Source: Antedon mediterranea (taxonomy: Eukaryota; Animalia; Echinodermata). Taken from it: 64,000 nt of DNA. Position numbers and translations under genes: made by a program. The stretch spans positions 21,563,175 to 21,627,174 of the forward strand of contig NC_092677.1 of the NCBI RefSeq assembly GCF_964355755.1, in the 5' to 3' direction. The notes under the pieces are model-generated. The model was not told the DNA's origin and searched no databases. It saw only the letters and a list, made by a program, of their open reading frames with translations. Shown piece by piece: positions 25,364-40,300 of the stretch (positions within the stretch are counted from its first letter, which is position 1; the number at the start of each line of letters is the position of its first letter).

Positions 25364-28300
25364 TTTATATGAAATTAATAATAAATCAATGAAAAATAAT
25401 GCAATGCAACTTTGTTTCTGATTTTAAAAAAGGTTCATTTGTTTAGGCCTGTCATTTACAACCCTCAAAATATCTCACCTTCAAAAGAAATATTTATTTT
25501 CAATAAAAAAAAAAAAAAAAGAAATATCCCTAGAGGTTCGAACCCACTACTGCGAGCACTCAAACTTGAGCATTACCCGTTACGCCTCAAACCAGTAGAT
25601 GACTGAGGAGCTGATAATACTCTATTTATATGAAATGAATAATAAATCAATGAAAAATAATGCCATGCAACTTTGTTTCTGATTTTAAAAAAGGTTCACT
25701 TGTTTAGGCCTGACATTTACAACCCTAAAAATATCTCACCTTCAAAAACAATATTTATTTTCAAATAAAAAAAAAAAAAAAAAATATCCCTTGAAGTTCG
25801 AACCCACTATTGAAATCACTCAAACCTGAGCATTAAACGTTCGCCGCAAACCATTTTATGACTGAAGAGCTGATAATAGTCTATTAATATGAAATGGATG
25901 ATCAATCAATGAAAAATAATGCCATGCAACTTTGTTTCTGATTTTAAAAAAGGTTCACTTGTTTAGGCCTGACAGTTGCAACCCTCAAAATATCTCACTT
26001 TCAAAAACAATATTTATTTTCAAATAAAAAAAAAAAAAAAAAAATATCCCTAGAAGTTCGAACCCACTATTGAAATCACTCAAAACTGAGCATTACCCGT
26101 TACGCCGCAAACCAGTATATAACTGAAGAGCTGATAATAGTCTATTTATATGAAATGGATGATCAACCAATGAAAAATAATGCCATGCAACTTTGTTTCT
26201 GATTTTAAAAAAGGTCCACTTGTTTAGGCCTGACATTTACAACCCTCAAAATATCTCACTTTCAAAAACAATATTTATTTTCAATTTAAAAAAAAAAAAA
26301 TCCTTAGAGGTTCGAACCCACTACTGAAAGCACTCAAACCTGAGCATTACCCGTTACGCCACAAACCAGTAGATGACTGCGGAGCTGATAATAGTCCATT
26401 TATATGAAATGAATGATCAATCAATGAAAAATAATGCCATGCAACTTTGTTTCTGATTTTAAAAAAGGTCCACTTGTTTAGGCCTGACATTTACAACCCT
26501 CAAAATATCTCACTTTCAAAAACAATATTTATTTTCAATAAAAAAAAAAAAAAAAAAAAAAATATTCGTAGAGGTTCGAACCCACTACTCCGAGAACTCA
26601 AACCTGAGCATTACCCGTTACGCCTCAAACCAGTAGATGACTGAAGAGCTGATATAACAGTCTATTTATATGAAATGAATGATCCATCAATGTAAAATGA
26701 TGTTATGCAACTTTGTTTCTGATTTTAAAAAAAGGTCCACTTGGTTAGGCTTGACATTTAAAACCCTCAAAATATCTCACTTTCAAAAACCATATTTATT
26801 TTCAATTTAAAAAAAAAGAAAAAAAAGATCCCTTGAGGTTCGACCCACTACTCAGAGCACTCAAACCTGAGCATTACCCGTTACGCCACAAACCAGTAGA
26901 TAACTGAAGAGCTGATAATAGTCTATTTATATGAAATGAATGATCAATCAATGAAAAATAATGCCATGCAACTTTGTTTCTGATTTTAAAAAGGTCCACT
27001 TGTTTAGGCCTGACATTTACAACCCTCAAAATATCTCACTTTCAAAAACAATATTTTTTTCAATAAAAAAAAAAAGAAAAAAAATATTCGTAGAGGTTCG
27101 AACCCACTACTGCGAGAACTCAAACCTGAGCATTACCCGTTACGCCTCAAACCAGTAGATGACTGAAGAGCTGATAATACTCTATTTATATGAAATTAAT
27201 AATAAATCAATGAAAAATAATGCCATGCAACTTTGTTTCTGATTTTAAAAAAGGTCCACTTGTTTAGGCCTGACATTTACAACCCTCAAAATATCTCACT
27301 TTCAAAAACAATATTTATTTTAAATAAAAAAAAAAGAAAGAAACCAAATATCCGTAGAGGTTCGAACCCACTAGTGAGAGCACTCAAACTTGAGCATTAC
27401 CCGTTACGCCACAAACCAGTAGATGACTGAAGAGCTGATAATACTCTATTTATATGAAATGAATGATCAATCAATGAAAAATAATGCCATCCAACTTTGT
27501 TTCTGATTTTAAAAAAGGTCCACTTGTTTAGGCCTGACATTTACAACCCTCAAAATATCTCACTTTCAAAAACAATATTTATTTTAAACAAAAAAAAAAA
27601 AAAAAAAAATATTCGTAGAGGTTCGAACCCACTACTGCGAGAACTCAAACCTGAGCATTACCCGTTACGCCTCAAACCAGTAGATGACTGAAGAGCTGAT
27701 AATACTCTATTTATATGAAATTAATAATAAATCAATGAAAAATAATGCCATGCAACTTTGTTTCTGATTTTAAAAAAGGTTCACTTGTTTAGGCCTGACA
27801 TTTACAACCCTCAAAATATCTCACTTTCAAAAACAATATTTATTTTAAATAAAAAAAAAAAAAGAAACAAAATATCCGTAGAGGATCGAACCCACTAGTG
27901 AGAGCACTCAAACTTGAGCATTACCCGTTACGCCACAAACCAGTAGATGACTGAAGAGCTGATAATACTCTATTTATATGAAATAAATAATAAATCAATG
28001 AAAAATAATGCCATGCAACTTTGTTTCTGATTTTAAAAAAGGTCCACTTGTTTAGGCCTGACATTTACAATCCTCAAAATATCTCACTTTCAAAAACAAT
28101 ATTTATTTTCAATAAAAAAAAAAAAAAAAAAAAATATTCGTAGAGGTTCGAACCCACTACTGCCAGAACTCAAACCGGAGCATTACCCGTTACGCCTCAA
28201 ACCAGTAGATGACTGAAGAGCTGATAATACTCTATTTATATGAAATTAATAATAAATCAATGAAAAATAATGCAATGCAACTTTGTTTCTGATTTTAAAA

Positions 28301-31300
28301 AAGGTTCATTTGTTTAGGCCTGTCATTTACAACCCTCAAAATATCTCACCTTCAAAAAAAATATTTATTTTCAATAAAAAAAAAAAGAAAAGAAATATCC
28401 CTAGAGCTTCGAACCCACTACTGCGAGCACTCAAACTTGAGCATTACCCGTTACGCCTCAAACCAGTAGATGACTGAAGAGCTGATAATACTCTATTTAT
28501 ATGAAATGAATAATAAATCAATGAAAAATAATGCCATGCAACTTTGTTTCTGATTTTAAAAAAGGTTCACTTGTTTAGGCCTGACATTTACAACCCTAAA
28601 AATATCTCACCTTCAAAAACAATATTTATTTTCAAATAAAAAAAAAAGAAAAAAAATATCCCTAGAAGTTCGAACCCACTATTGAAATCACTCAAACCTG
28701 AGCATTAACCGTTCGCCGCAAACCATTTTATGACTGAAGAGCTGATAATAGTCTATTAATATGAAATGGATGATCAATCAATGAAAAATAATGCCATGCA
28801 ACTTTGTTTCTGATTTTAAAAAAGGTTCACTTGTTTAGGCCTGACAGTTGCAACCCTCAAAATATCTCACTTTCAAAAACAATATTTATTTTCAATTAAA
28901 AAAAAAAGAAAAAAAAAATACCCGTATAGGTTCGAACCCACTACTGAGAGCACTCAAACCTGAGCATTACACGTTACCCCACAAACCAGTTAATGACTGA
29001 GGAGCTGATAATAGTCTATATATATGAAATGAATGATCAATCAATGAAAAATAATGCCATGCAACTTTGTTTCTGATTGAAAAAAATGTTCACTTGTTTA
29101 GGCCTGACATTTACAACCCTCAAAATATCTCACTTTCAAAAACAATATTTATTTTCAAATAAAAAAAAAAAAAAATATCTCTAGAAGTTCGAACCCACTA
29201 TTGAAATCACTCAAAACTGAGCATTACCCGTTACGCCGCAAACCAGTATATAACTGAAGAGCTGATAATAGTCTATTTATTTTAAATGGATGATCAACCA
29301 ATGAAAAATAATGCCATGCAACTTTGTTTCTGATTTTAAAAAAGGTCCACTTGTTTAGGCCTGTCATTTACAACCCTCAAAATATCTCACCTTCAAAAAA
29401 ATATTTATTTTCAATAAAAAAAAAAAGAAAAGAAATATCCCTAGAGGTTCGAACCCACTACTGCGAGCACTCAAACTTGAGCATTACCCGTTACGCCTCA
29501 AACCAGTAGATGACTGAAGAGCTGATAATACTCTATTTATATGAAATGAATAATAAATCAATCAAAAATAATGCCATGCAACTTTGTTTCTGATTTTAAA
29601 AAAGGTTCACTTGTTTAGGCCTGACATTTACAACCCTCAAAATATCTCACCTTCAAAAACAATATTTATTTTCAAATAAAAAAAAAAGAAAAAAAATATC
29701 CCTAGAAGTTTGAACCCACTATTGAAATCACTCAAACCTGAGCATTACCCGTTCGCCGCAAACCATTTTATGACTGAAGAGCTGATAATAGTCTATTTAT
29801 ATGAAATGGATGATCAATCAATGAAAAATAATGCCATGCAACTTTGTTTCTGATTTTAAAAAAGGTTCACTTGTTTAGGCCTGACAGTTGCAACCCTAAA
29901 AATATCTCACTTTCAAAAACAATATTTATTTTCAAATAAAAAAAAAAAAAAAAAAATATCCCTAGAAGTTCGAACCCACTATTGAAATCACTCAAAACTG
30001 AGCATTACCCGTTACGCCGAAAACCAGTATATAACTGAAGAGCTGATAATAGTCTATTTATATGAAATGGATGATCAACCAATGAAAAATAATGCCATGC
30101 AACTTTGTTTCTGATTTTAAAAAAGGTCCACTTGTTTAGGCCTGACATTTACAACCCTCAAAATATCTCGCTTTCAAAAACAATATTTATTTTCAAAAAA
30201 AAAAAAAGAAAAAAAATATTCGTAGAGGTTCGAACCCACTACTGCGAGAACTCAAACCTGAGCACTACCTGTTACGCCACAAACCAGTAGATGACTGAAG
30301 AGCTGATAACAGTCTATTGATATGAAATGAATGATCCATCAATGTAAAATGATGTTATGCAACTTTGTTTCTGATTTTTTAAAAAGGTCCACTTGGTTAG
30401 GCTTGACATTTAAAACCCTCAAAATATCTCACTTTCAAAAACCATATTTATTTTCAATTTAAAAAAAAAGAAAAAAAATATCCCTTGAGGTTCGACCCAC
30501 TACTCAGAGCACTCACACCTGAGCATTACCCGCTACGCCACAAACCAGTAGATGACTTAAGTGCTGATAATAGTCTATTTATATGAAATGAATTATCAAT
30601 CAATGAAAAATAATGCCATGCAACTTTGTTTCTGATTTAAAAAAAGGTCCACTTGTTTAGGCCTGACATTTACAACCCTCAAAATATCTCACTTTCAAAA
30701 ACAATATTTTTTTCAATAAAAAAAAAAAGAAAAAAAATATTCGTAGAGGTTCGAACCCACTACTGCGAGAACTCAAACCTGAGCATTACCCGTTACGCCT
30801 CAAACCAGTAGATGACTGATGAGCTGATAATACTCTATTTATATGAAATTAATAATAAATCAATGAAAAATAATGCCATGCAACTTTGTTTCTGATTTTA
30901 AAAAAGGTCCACTTGTTTAGGCCTGACATTTACAACCCTCAAAATATCTCACTTTCAAAAACAATATTTATTTTAAATAAAAAAAGAAAAAGAAACAAAA
31001 TATCCGTAGAGGTTCGAACCCACTTGTGAGAGCACTCAAACTTGAGCATTACCCGTTACGCCACAAACCAGTAGATGACTGAAGAGCTGACAATACTCTA
31101 TTTATATGAAATGAATGATCAATCAATGAAAAATAATGCCATGCAACTTTGTTTCTGATTTTAAAAAAGGTCCACTTGTTTAGGCCTGACATTTACAACC
31201 CTCAAAATATCTCACTTTCAAAAACAATATTTTTTTCAATAAAAAAAAAAAAGAAAACAAATATTCGTAGAGGTTCGAACCCACTACTGCGAGAACTCAA

Positions 31301-34300
31301 ACCTGAGCATTACCCGTTACGCCTCAAACCAGTAGATGACTGAAGAGCTGATAACACTCTATTTATATGAAATTAATAATAAATCAATGAAAAATAATGC
31401 CATGCAACCTTGTTTCTGATTTTAAAAAAGGTTCACTTGTTTAGGCCTGACATTTACAACCCTCAAAATATCTCACTTTCAAAAACAATATTTATTTTCA
31501 ATAAAAAAAAAAAAATAAAAAAATATTCGTAGAGGTTCGAACCCACTACTGCGAGAACTCAAACCTGAGCATTACCCGTTACGCCTCAAACCAGTAGATG
31601 ACTGAAGAGCTGATATAACAGTCTATTTATATGAAATGAATGATCCATCAATGTAAAATGATGTTATGCAACTTTGTTTCTGATTTTAAAAAAAGGTCCA
31701 CTTGGTTAGGCTTGACATTTAAAACCCTCAAAATATCTCACTTTCAAAAACCATATTTATTTTCAATTTAAAAAAAAAGAAAAAAAATATCCCTTGAGGT
31801 TCGACCCCACTATTGCGAGAACTCAAACCTGAGCATTACCCGTTACGCCTCAAAGCAGTAGATGACTGAAGAGCTGATAATACTCTATTTATATGAAATT
31901 AATAATAAATCAATGAAAAATAATGCCATGCAACTTTGTTTCTGATTTTAAAAAAGGTCCACTTGTTTAGGCCTGACATTTACAACCCTAAAAATATCTC
32001 ATTTTCAAAAAAAATATTTATTTTCAATAAGAAAAAAAAAAGGAATATCCCTAGAGGTTGGAACCCGCTACTGAGAGCACTCAAACCTGGGTATTACCCG
32101 TTACGCCACAAACCAGTAGATAACTGAAGAGCTGATAATAGTCTATTTATATGGAATTAATGATCAATCAATGAAAAATAATGCCATGCAACTTTGTTTC
32201 TGATTTTAAAAAAGGTCCACTTGTTTAGGCCTGACATTTACAACCCTCAAAATATCTCACTTTCAAAAACAATATTTTTTTCAATAAAAAAAAAAAAAAT
32301 AAAAAAAATATTCGTGGAGGTTCGAACCCACTACTGCGAGAACTCAAACCTGAGCATTACCCGTTACGCCTCAAACCAGTAGATGACTGAAGAGCTGATA
32401 ATACTCTATTTATATGAAATTAATAATAAATAAATGAAAAATAATGCCATGCAACTTTGTTTCTGATTTTAAAAAAGGTTCACTTGTTTAGGCCTGACAT
32501 TTACAACCCTCAAAATATCTCACTTTCAAAAACAATATTTGTTTTAAATAAATAAAAAAAAAAATATCCGTAGAGGTTCGAACCCACTAGTGAGAGCACT
32601 CAAACTTGAGCATTACCCGTTACGCCACAAACCAGTAGATAACCGAAGATCTGATAATAGTCTATTTATATGAAATGAATGATCAATCAATGAAACATAA
32701 TGCCATGCCACTTTGTTTCTGATTTTAAAAAAGGTCCACTTGTTTAGGCCTGACATTTACAACCCTCAAAATATCTCACTTTCAAAAACAATATTTATTT
32801 TAAATAAAAAAAAAAAAAAAATATCCGTAGAGGTTCGAACCCACTAGTGAGAGCACTCAAACTTGAGCATTACCCGTTACGCCACAAACCAGTAGATAAC
32901 TGAAGAGCTGATAATAGTCTATTTATATGAAATGAATGATCAATCAATGAAAAATAATGCCATGCAACTTTGTTTCTGATTTTAAAAAAGGTCCACTTGT
33001 TTAGGCCTGACATTTACAACCCTCAAAATATCTCACTTTCAAAAACAATATTTTTTTTGAATAAAAAAAAAAAAGAAAAAAAATATTCGTAGAGGTTCGA
33101 ACCCACTACTGCGAGAACTCAAACCTAAGCATTACCCGTTACGCCTCAAACCAGTAGATGACTGAAGAGCTGATAATACTCTATTTATATGAAATTAATA
33201 ATAAATCAATGAAAAATAATGCCATGCAACTTTGTTTCTGATTTTAAAAAAGGTTCACTTGTTTAGGCCTGACATTTACAACCCTCAAAATATCTCACTT
33301 TCAAAAACAATATTTATTTTAAATAAAAAAAAAAAAAGAAACAAAATATCCGTAGAGGATCGAACCCACTAGTGAGAGCACTCAAACTTGAATATTAACC
33401 GTTACGCCACAAACCAGTAGATGACTGAAGAGCTGATAATACTCTATTTATATGAAATAAATAATAAATCAATGAAAAATAATGCCATGCAACTTTGTTT
33501 CTGATTTTAAAAAAGGTCCACTTGTTTAGGCCTGACATTTACAACCTTCAAAATATCTCACTTTCAAAAACAATATTTATTTTCAATAAAAAAAAAATAA
33601 AAAAATATTCGTAGAGGTTCGAACCCACTACTGCGAGAACTCAAACCTGAGCATTACCCGTTACGCCTCAAACCAGTAGATGACTGAAGAGCTGATAATA
33701 CTCTATTTATATGAAATTAATAATAAATCAATGAAAAATAATGCCATGCAACTTTGTTTCTGATTTTAAAAAAGGTTCACTTGTTTAGGCCTGACATTTA
33801 CAATCCTCAAAAGATCTCACTTTCAAAAACAATATTTATTTTCAATTAAAAAAAAAATAAAAATATTCGTAGAGGTTCGAACCCACTACTGCCAGAACTC
33901 AAACCGGAGCATTACCCGTTACGCCTCAAACCAGTAGATGACTGAAGAGCTGATAATACTCTATTTATATGAAATAAATAATAAATCAATGAAAAATAAT
34001 GCAATGCAACTTTGTTTCTGATTTTAAAAAAGGTTCATTTGTTTAGGCCTGTCATTTACAACCCTCAAAATATCTCACCTTCAAAAGAAATATTTATTTT
34101 CAATAAAAAAAAAAAAAAAGAAATATCCCTAGAGGTTCGAACCCACTACTGCGAGCACTCAAACTTGAGCATTACCCGTTACGCCTCAAAGCAGTAGATG
34201 ACTGAGGAGCTGATAATACTCTATTTATATGAAATGAATAATAAATCAATGAAAAATAATGCCATGCAACTTTGTTTCTGATTTTAAAAAAGGTTCACTT

Positions 34301-37300
34301 GTTTAGGCCTGACATTTACAACCCTAAAAATATCTCACCTTCAAAAACAATATTTATTTTCAAATAAAAAAAAAAAGAAAAAAAATATCCCTAGAAGTTC
34401 GAACCCACTATTGAAATCACTCAAACCTGAGCATTAACCGTTCGCCGCAAACCATTTTATGACTGAAGAGCTGATAATAGTCTATTAATATGAAATGGAT
34501 GATCAATCAATGAAAAATAATGCCATGCAACTTTGTTTCTGATTTTAAAAAAGGTTCACTTGTTTAGGCCTGACAGTTGCAACCCTCAAAATATCTCACT
34601 TTCAAAAACAATATTTATTTTCAATTAAAAAAAAAAGAAAAAAAATATCCCTAGAGGTTCGACCCACTACTCAGAGCACTCAAACCTGAGCATTACTCGT
34701 TACGCCACAAACCAGTAGATAACTGAAGAGCTGATAATAGTCTATTTATATGAAATGAATTATCAATCAATGAAAAATAATGCCATGCAACTTTGTTTCT
34801 GATTTTAAAAAAGATCCATTTGTTTAGGCCTGACATTTACAACCCTAAAAAATATCTCATTTTCAAAAAAAATATTTATTTTCAATAAGAAAAAAAAAAG
34901 GAATATCCCTAGAGGTTGGAACCCGCTACTTAGAGCACTCAAACCTGGGTATTACCCGTTACGCCACAAACCAGTAGATGACTGAAGAGCTGATAATAGT
35001 CTATTTATATGAAATGAATGCTCAATCAATGAAAAATAATGCCATGCAACTTTGTTTCTGATTTTAAAAAAGGTCCACTTGTTTAGGCCTGACATTTACA
35101 ACCCTCAAAATATCTCACTTTCAAAAACCATATTTATTTTCAATTTAAAAAAAAAATAAAAAAAATATCCCTAGAGGTTCGACCCACTACTCAGAGCACT
35201 CAAAACTGAGCATTACCCGTTACGCCACAAACCAGTAGATGACTGAAGAGCTGATAATAGTCTATTTATATGAAATGAATGATCAATCAATGAAAAATAA
35301 TGCCATGCAACTTTGTTTCTGATTTAAAAAAAGGTTCACTTGTTTAGGCCTGACATTTACAACCCTAAAAATATCTCACTTTCAAAAACAATATTTATTT
35401 TCAATTTAAAAAAAAAAAATCTAGAGGTTCGAACCCACTACTGAGAGAACTCAAACCTGAGCATTATCCGTTACGCCACCAACCAGTAGGTGACTGAGGA
35501 GCTGATAATAGTCTATTTATATGAAATGAATGATCAATCAATGAAAAATAATGCCATGCAACTTTGTTTCTGATTTTAAAAAAGGTTCACTTGTTTTGGC
35601 CTGACATTTACAACCCTCAAAATATCTCACTTTCAAAAACAATATTTTTTCAATTAAAAAAAAAAAAGAAATAAAATATCAGTAGAGGTTCGAACCCACT
35701 AGTGAGAGCACTCAAACTTGAGCATTACCCGTTACGCCACAAACCAGTAGATGACTGAAGAGCTGTCAATACTCTATTTATATGAAATAAATAATAAATC
35801 AATGAAAAATAATGCCATGCAACTTTGTTTCTGATTTTTAAAAAGGTCCACTTGTTTAGGCCTGACATTTACAACCCTCAAACTATCTCACTTTAAAAAA
35901 CCATATTTATTTTAAATTTAAAAAAAAAAAGAAAAAAAATATTCGTAGAGGTTCGAACCCACCACTGCGAGAACTCAAACCTGAGCACTACCAGTTACGC
36001 TACAAACCAGTAGATGACTGAAGAGCTGATAATAGTCTATTTATATGAAATTAATAATAAATCAATGAAAAATAATGCCATGCAACTTTCTTTCTGATTT
36101 TAAAAAAGGTTCACTTGTTTAGGCCTGACATTTACAACCCTCAAAATATCTTACTTTCAAAAACAATATTTATTTAAAAAAAAAAAAAAAAAAGAAACAA
36201 AATCTCCGTAGAGGTTCGAACCAACTAGTGAGAGAACTCAAACTTGAGCATTACCCGTTACGCCACAAACCAGTAGATGACTGAAGAGCTGATAATACTC
36301 TATTTATATGAAATAAATAATAAATCAATGAAAAATAATGCCATGCAACTTTGTTTCTGATTTTAAAAAAGGTCCACTTGTTTAGGCCTGACATTTACAA
36401 CCCTCAAAATATCTCACTTTCAAAAACCATATTTATTTTCAATTTAAAAAAAAAAGAAAAAAATATCCCTAGAGGTTCGACCCACTACTCAGAGCACTCA
36501 AAACTGAGCATTACCCGTTACGCCTCAAACCAGTAGATGACTGAAGAGCTGATAATAGTCTATTTATATGAAATGAATGATCAATCAATGAAAAATAATG
36601 CCATGCAACTTTGTTTCTGATTTAAAAAAAGGTCCACTTGTTTAGGCCTGACATTTACAAACCTCAAACTATCTCACTTTCAAAAACCATATTTATTTTA
36701 AATTTAAAAAAAAAAAAAAAAAAATATTCGTAGAGGTTCGAACCCACCACTGCGAGAACTCAAACCTGAGCACTACCAGTTACGCTACAAACCAGTAGAT
36801 GACTGAAGAGCTGATAATAGTCTATTTATATGAAATTAATAATAAATCAATGAAAAATAATGCCATGCAACTTTCTTTCTGATTTTAAAAAAGGTTCACT
36901 TGTTTAGGCCTGACATTTACAACCCTCAAAATATCTCACTTTCAAAAACAATATTTATTTAAAAAAACAAAAAAAAAAACAAAATCTCCGTAGAGGTTCG
37001 AACCCACTAGTGAGAGAACTCAAACTTGAGCATTACCCATTACGCCACAAACCAGTAGATGACTGAAGAGCTGATAATACTCTATTTATATGAAATAAAT
37101 AATAAATCAATGAAAAATAATGCCATGCAACTTTGTTTCTGATTTTAAAAAAGGTCCACTTGTTTAGGCCTGACATTTACAACCCTCAAAATATCTCACT
37201 TTAAAAAACCATATTTATTTTCAATTTAAAAAAAAAAGAAAAAAATATCCCTACAGGTTCGACCCACTACTGAGAGCACTCAAAACTGAGCATTACCCGT

Positions 37301-40300
37301 TACGCCACAAACCAGTAGATGACTGAAGAGCTGATAATAGTCTATTTATATGAAATGAATGATCAATCAATGAAAAATAATGCCATGCAACTTTGTTTCT
37401 GATTTAAAAAAAGGTTCACTTGTTTAGGCCTGACATTTACAACCCTAAAAATATCTCACTTTCAAAAACAATATTTATTTTCAATTTAAAAAAAAAATCC
37501 CTAGAGGTTCGAACCCACTACTGAGAGAACTCAAACCTGAGAATTATCCGTTACGCCACCAACCAGTAGGTGACTGAGGAGCTGATAATAGTCTATTTAT
37601 ATGAAATGAATGATCAATCAATGAAAAATAATGCCATGAAGCTTTGTTTCTGATTTTAAAAAAAGTTCACTTGTTTTGGCCTGACATTTACAACCCTCAA
37701 AATATCTCACTTTCAAAAACAATATTTTTTCAATAAAAAAAAAAAAAGAAATAAAATATCAGTAGAGGTTCGAACCCACTAGTGAGAGCACTCAAACTTG
37801 AGCATTACCCGTTACGCCACAAACCAGTAGATGACTGAAGAGCTGATAATAGTCTATTTATATGAAATGAATGATCAATCAATGAAAAATAATGCCATGC
37901 AACTTTGTTTCTTATTTTAAAAAAGGTTCACTTGTTTAGGCCTGATATTTACAACCCTCAAAATATCTCACTTTCAAAAACAATATTTATTTTCAATTTA
38001 AAAAAAAAAAATCTAGAGGTTCGAACCCACTACTGAGAGAACTCAAACCTGAGCATTATCCGTTACGCCACCAACCAGTAGGTGACTGAGGAGCTGATAA
38101 TAGTCTATTTATATGAAATGAATGATCAATCAATGAAAAATAATGCCATGCAACTTTGTTTCTGATTTTAAAAAAGGTCCACTTGTTTAGGCCTGACATT
38201 TACAACCCTCAAAATATCTCACTTTCAAAAACAATATTTATTTTCAATTAAAAAAAAAGAAAAAAAATATTCGTAGAGGTTCGAACCAACTACTGCGAGA
38301 ACTCAAACCTGAGCACTACCGGTTATGCCACAAACCAGTAGATGACTGAAGAGCTGATAACAGTCTATTTATTTGAAATGAATGATCCATCAATGTAAAA
38401 TGATGTTATGCAACTTTGTTTCTGATTTTAAAAAAGGTCCACTTGGTTAGGCTTGACATTTAAAACCCTCAAAATATCTCACTTTCAAAAACCATATTTA
38501 TTTTCAATTTAAAAAAAAAGAAAAAAAATATCCCTTGAGGTTCGACCCACTACTCAGAGCACTCAAACCTGAGCACTACCCGTTACGCCACAAACCAGTA
38601 GATGACTGAAGAGCTGATAATAGTCTATTTATATGAAATGAATGATCTATCAATGAAAAATAATGCCATGCAACTTTGTTTCTCATTTTAAAAAAGGTCC
38701 ACTTGTTTAGGCCTGACATTTACAACCCTCAAAATATCTCACTTTCAAAAACAATATTTTTTTTCAATAAAAAAAAAAAAGAAAAAAAATATTCGTAGAG
38801 GTTCGAACCCACTACTGCGAGAACTCAAACCTGAGCATTACCCGTTACGCCTCTAACCAGTAGATGACTGAAGAGCTGATAATACTCTATTTATATGAAA
38901 TTAATAATAAATCAATGAAAAATAATGCCATGCAACTTTGTTTCTGATTTTAAAAAAGGTTCACTTGTTTAGGCCTGACATTTACAACCCTCAAAATATC
39001 TCACTTTCAAAAACAATATTTATTTTAAATAAAAAAAAAAAAGAAACAAAATATCCCTAGAGGTTCGACCCACTACTCAGAGCACTCAAACCTGAGCATT
39101 ACCCGTTACGCCACAAACCAGTAGATGACTGAAGAGCTGATAATAGTCTATTTATATGAAATGAATGATCAATCAATGAAAAATAATGCCATGCAACTTT
39201 GTTTCTGATTTTTAAAAATATCCATTTGTTTAGGCCTGACATTCACAACCCTAAAAAATATCTCATTTTAAAAAAAAATATTTATTTTCAATAAGAAAAA
39301 AAAAAGCAATATCCCTAGAGGTTCGAACCCACTACTGCGAGAACTCAAACCTGAGCATTACCCGTTACGCCTCAAACCAGTAGATGACTGAAGAGCTGAT
39401 AATACTCTATTTATATGAAATCAATAATAAATCAATGAAAAATAATGCCATGCAACTTTGTTTCTGATTTTAAAAAAGGTTCACTTGTTTAGGCCTGGCA
39501 TTTACAACCCTCAAAATATCTCACTTTCTAAAACAATATTTATTTTAAATAAAAAAAAAAAAAGAAACAAAATATCCGTAGAGGATCGAACCCACTAGTG
39601 AGAGCACTCAAACTTGAGCATTACCCGTTACGCCTCAAACCAGTAGATGACTGAAGAGCTGCTAATACTCTATTTATATGAAATAAATAATAAATCAATG
39701 AAAAATAATGCCATGCAACTTTGTTTCTGATTTTAAAAAAGGTCCACTTGTTTAGGCCTGACATTTACAACCCTCAAAATATCTCACTTTCAAAAACAAT
39801 ATTTATTTTCAATAAAAAAAAAAAAAAAAAAAAATATTCGTAGAGGTTCGAACCACTACTGCGAGAACTCAAACCTGAGCATTACCCGTTACGCCACAAA
39901 CCAGTAGATGACTGAAGAGCTGATAATAGTCTATTTATATGAAATGAATAATAAATCAGTGAAAAATAATGCCATGCAACTTTGTTTCTGATTTAAAAAA
40001 AGGTTCACTTGTTTAGGCCTTACATTTACAACCCTAAAAATATCTCACTTTCAAAAACAATATTTATTTTCAATTTAAAAAAAAAAATCCCTAGAGGTTC
40101 GAACCCACTACTGAGAGAACTCAAACCTGAGCATTATCCGTTACGCCACCAACCAGTAGGTGACTGAGGAGCTGATAATAGTCTATTTATATGAAATAAA
40201 TGATCAATCAATGAAAAATAATGCCATGCAACTTTGTTTCTGATTTTAAAAAAGGTTCACTTGTTTTGGCCTGACATTTACAACCCTCAAAATATCTCAC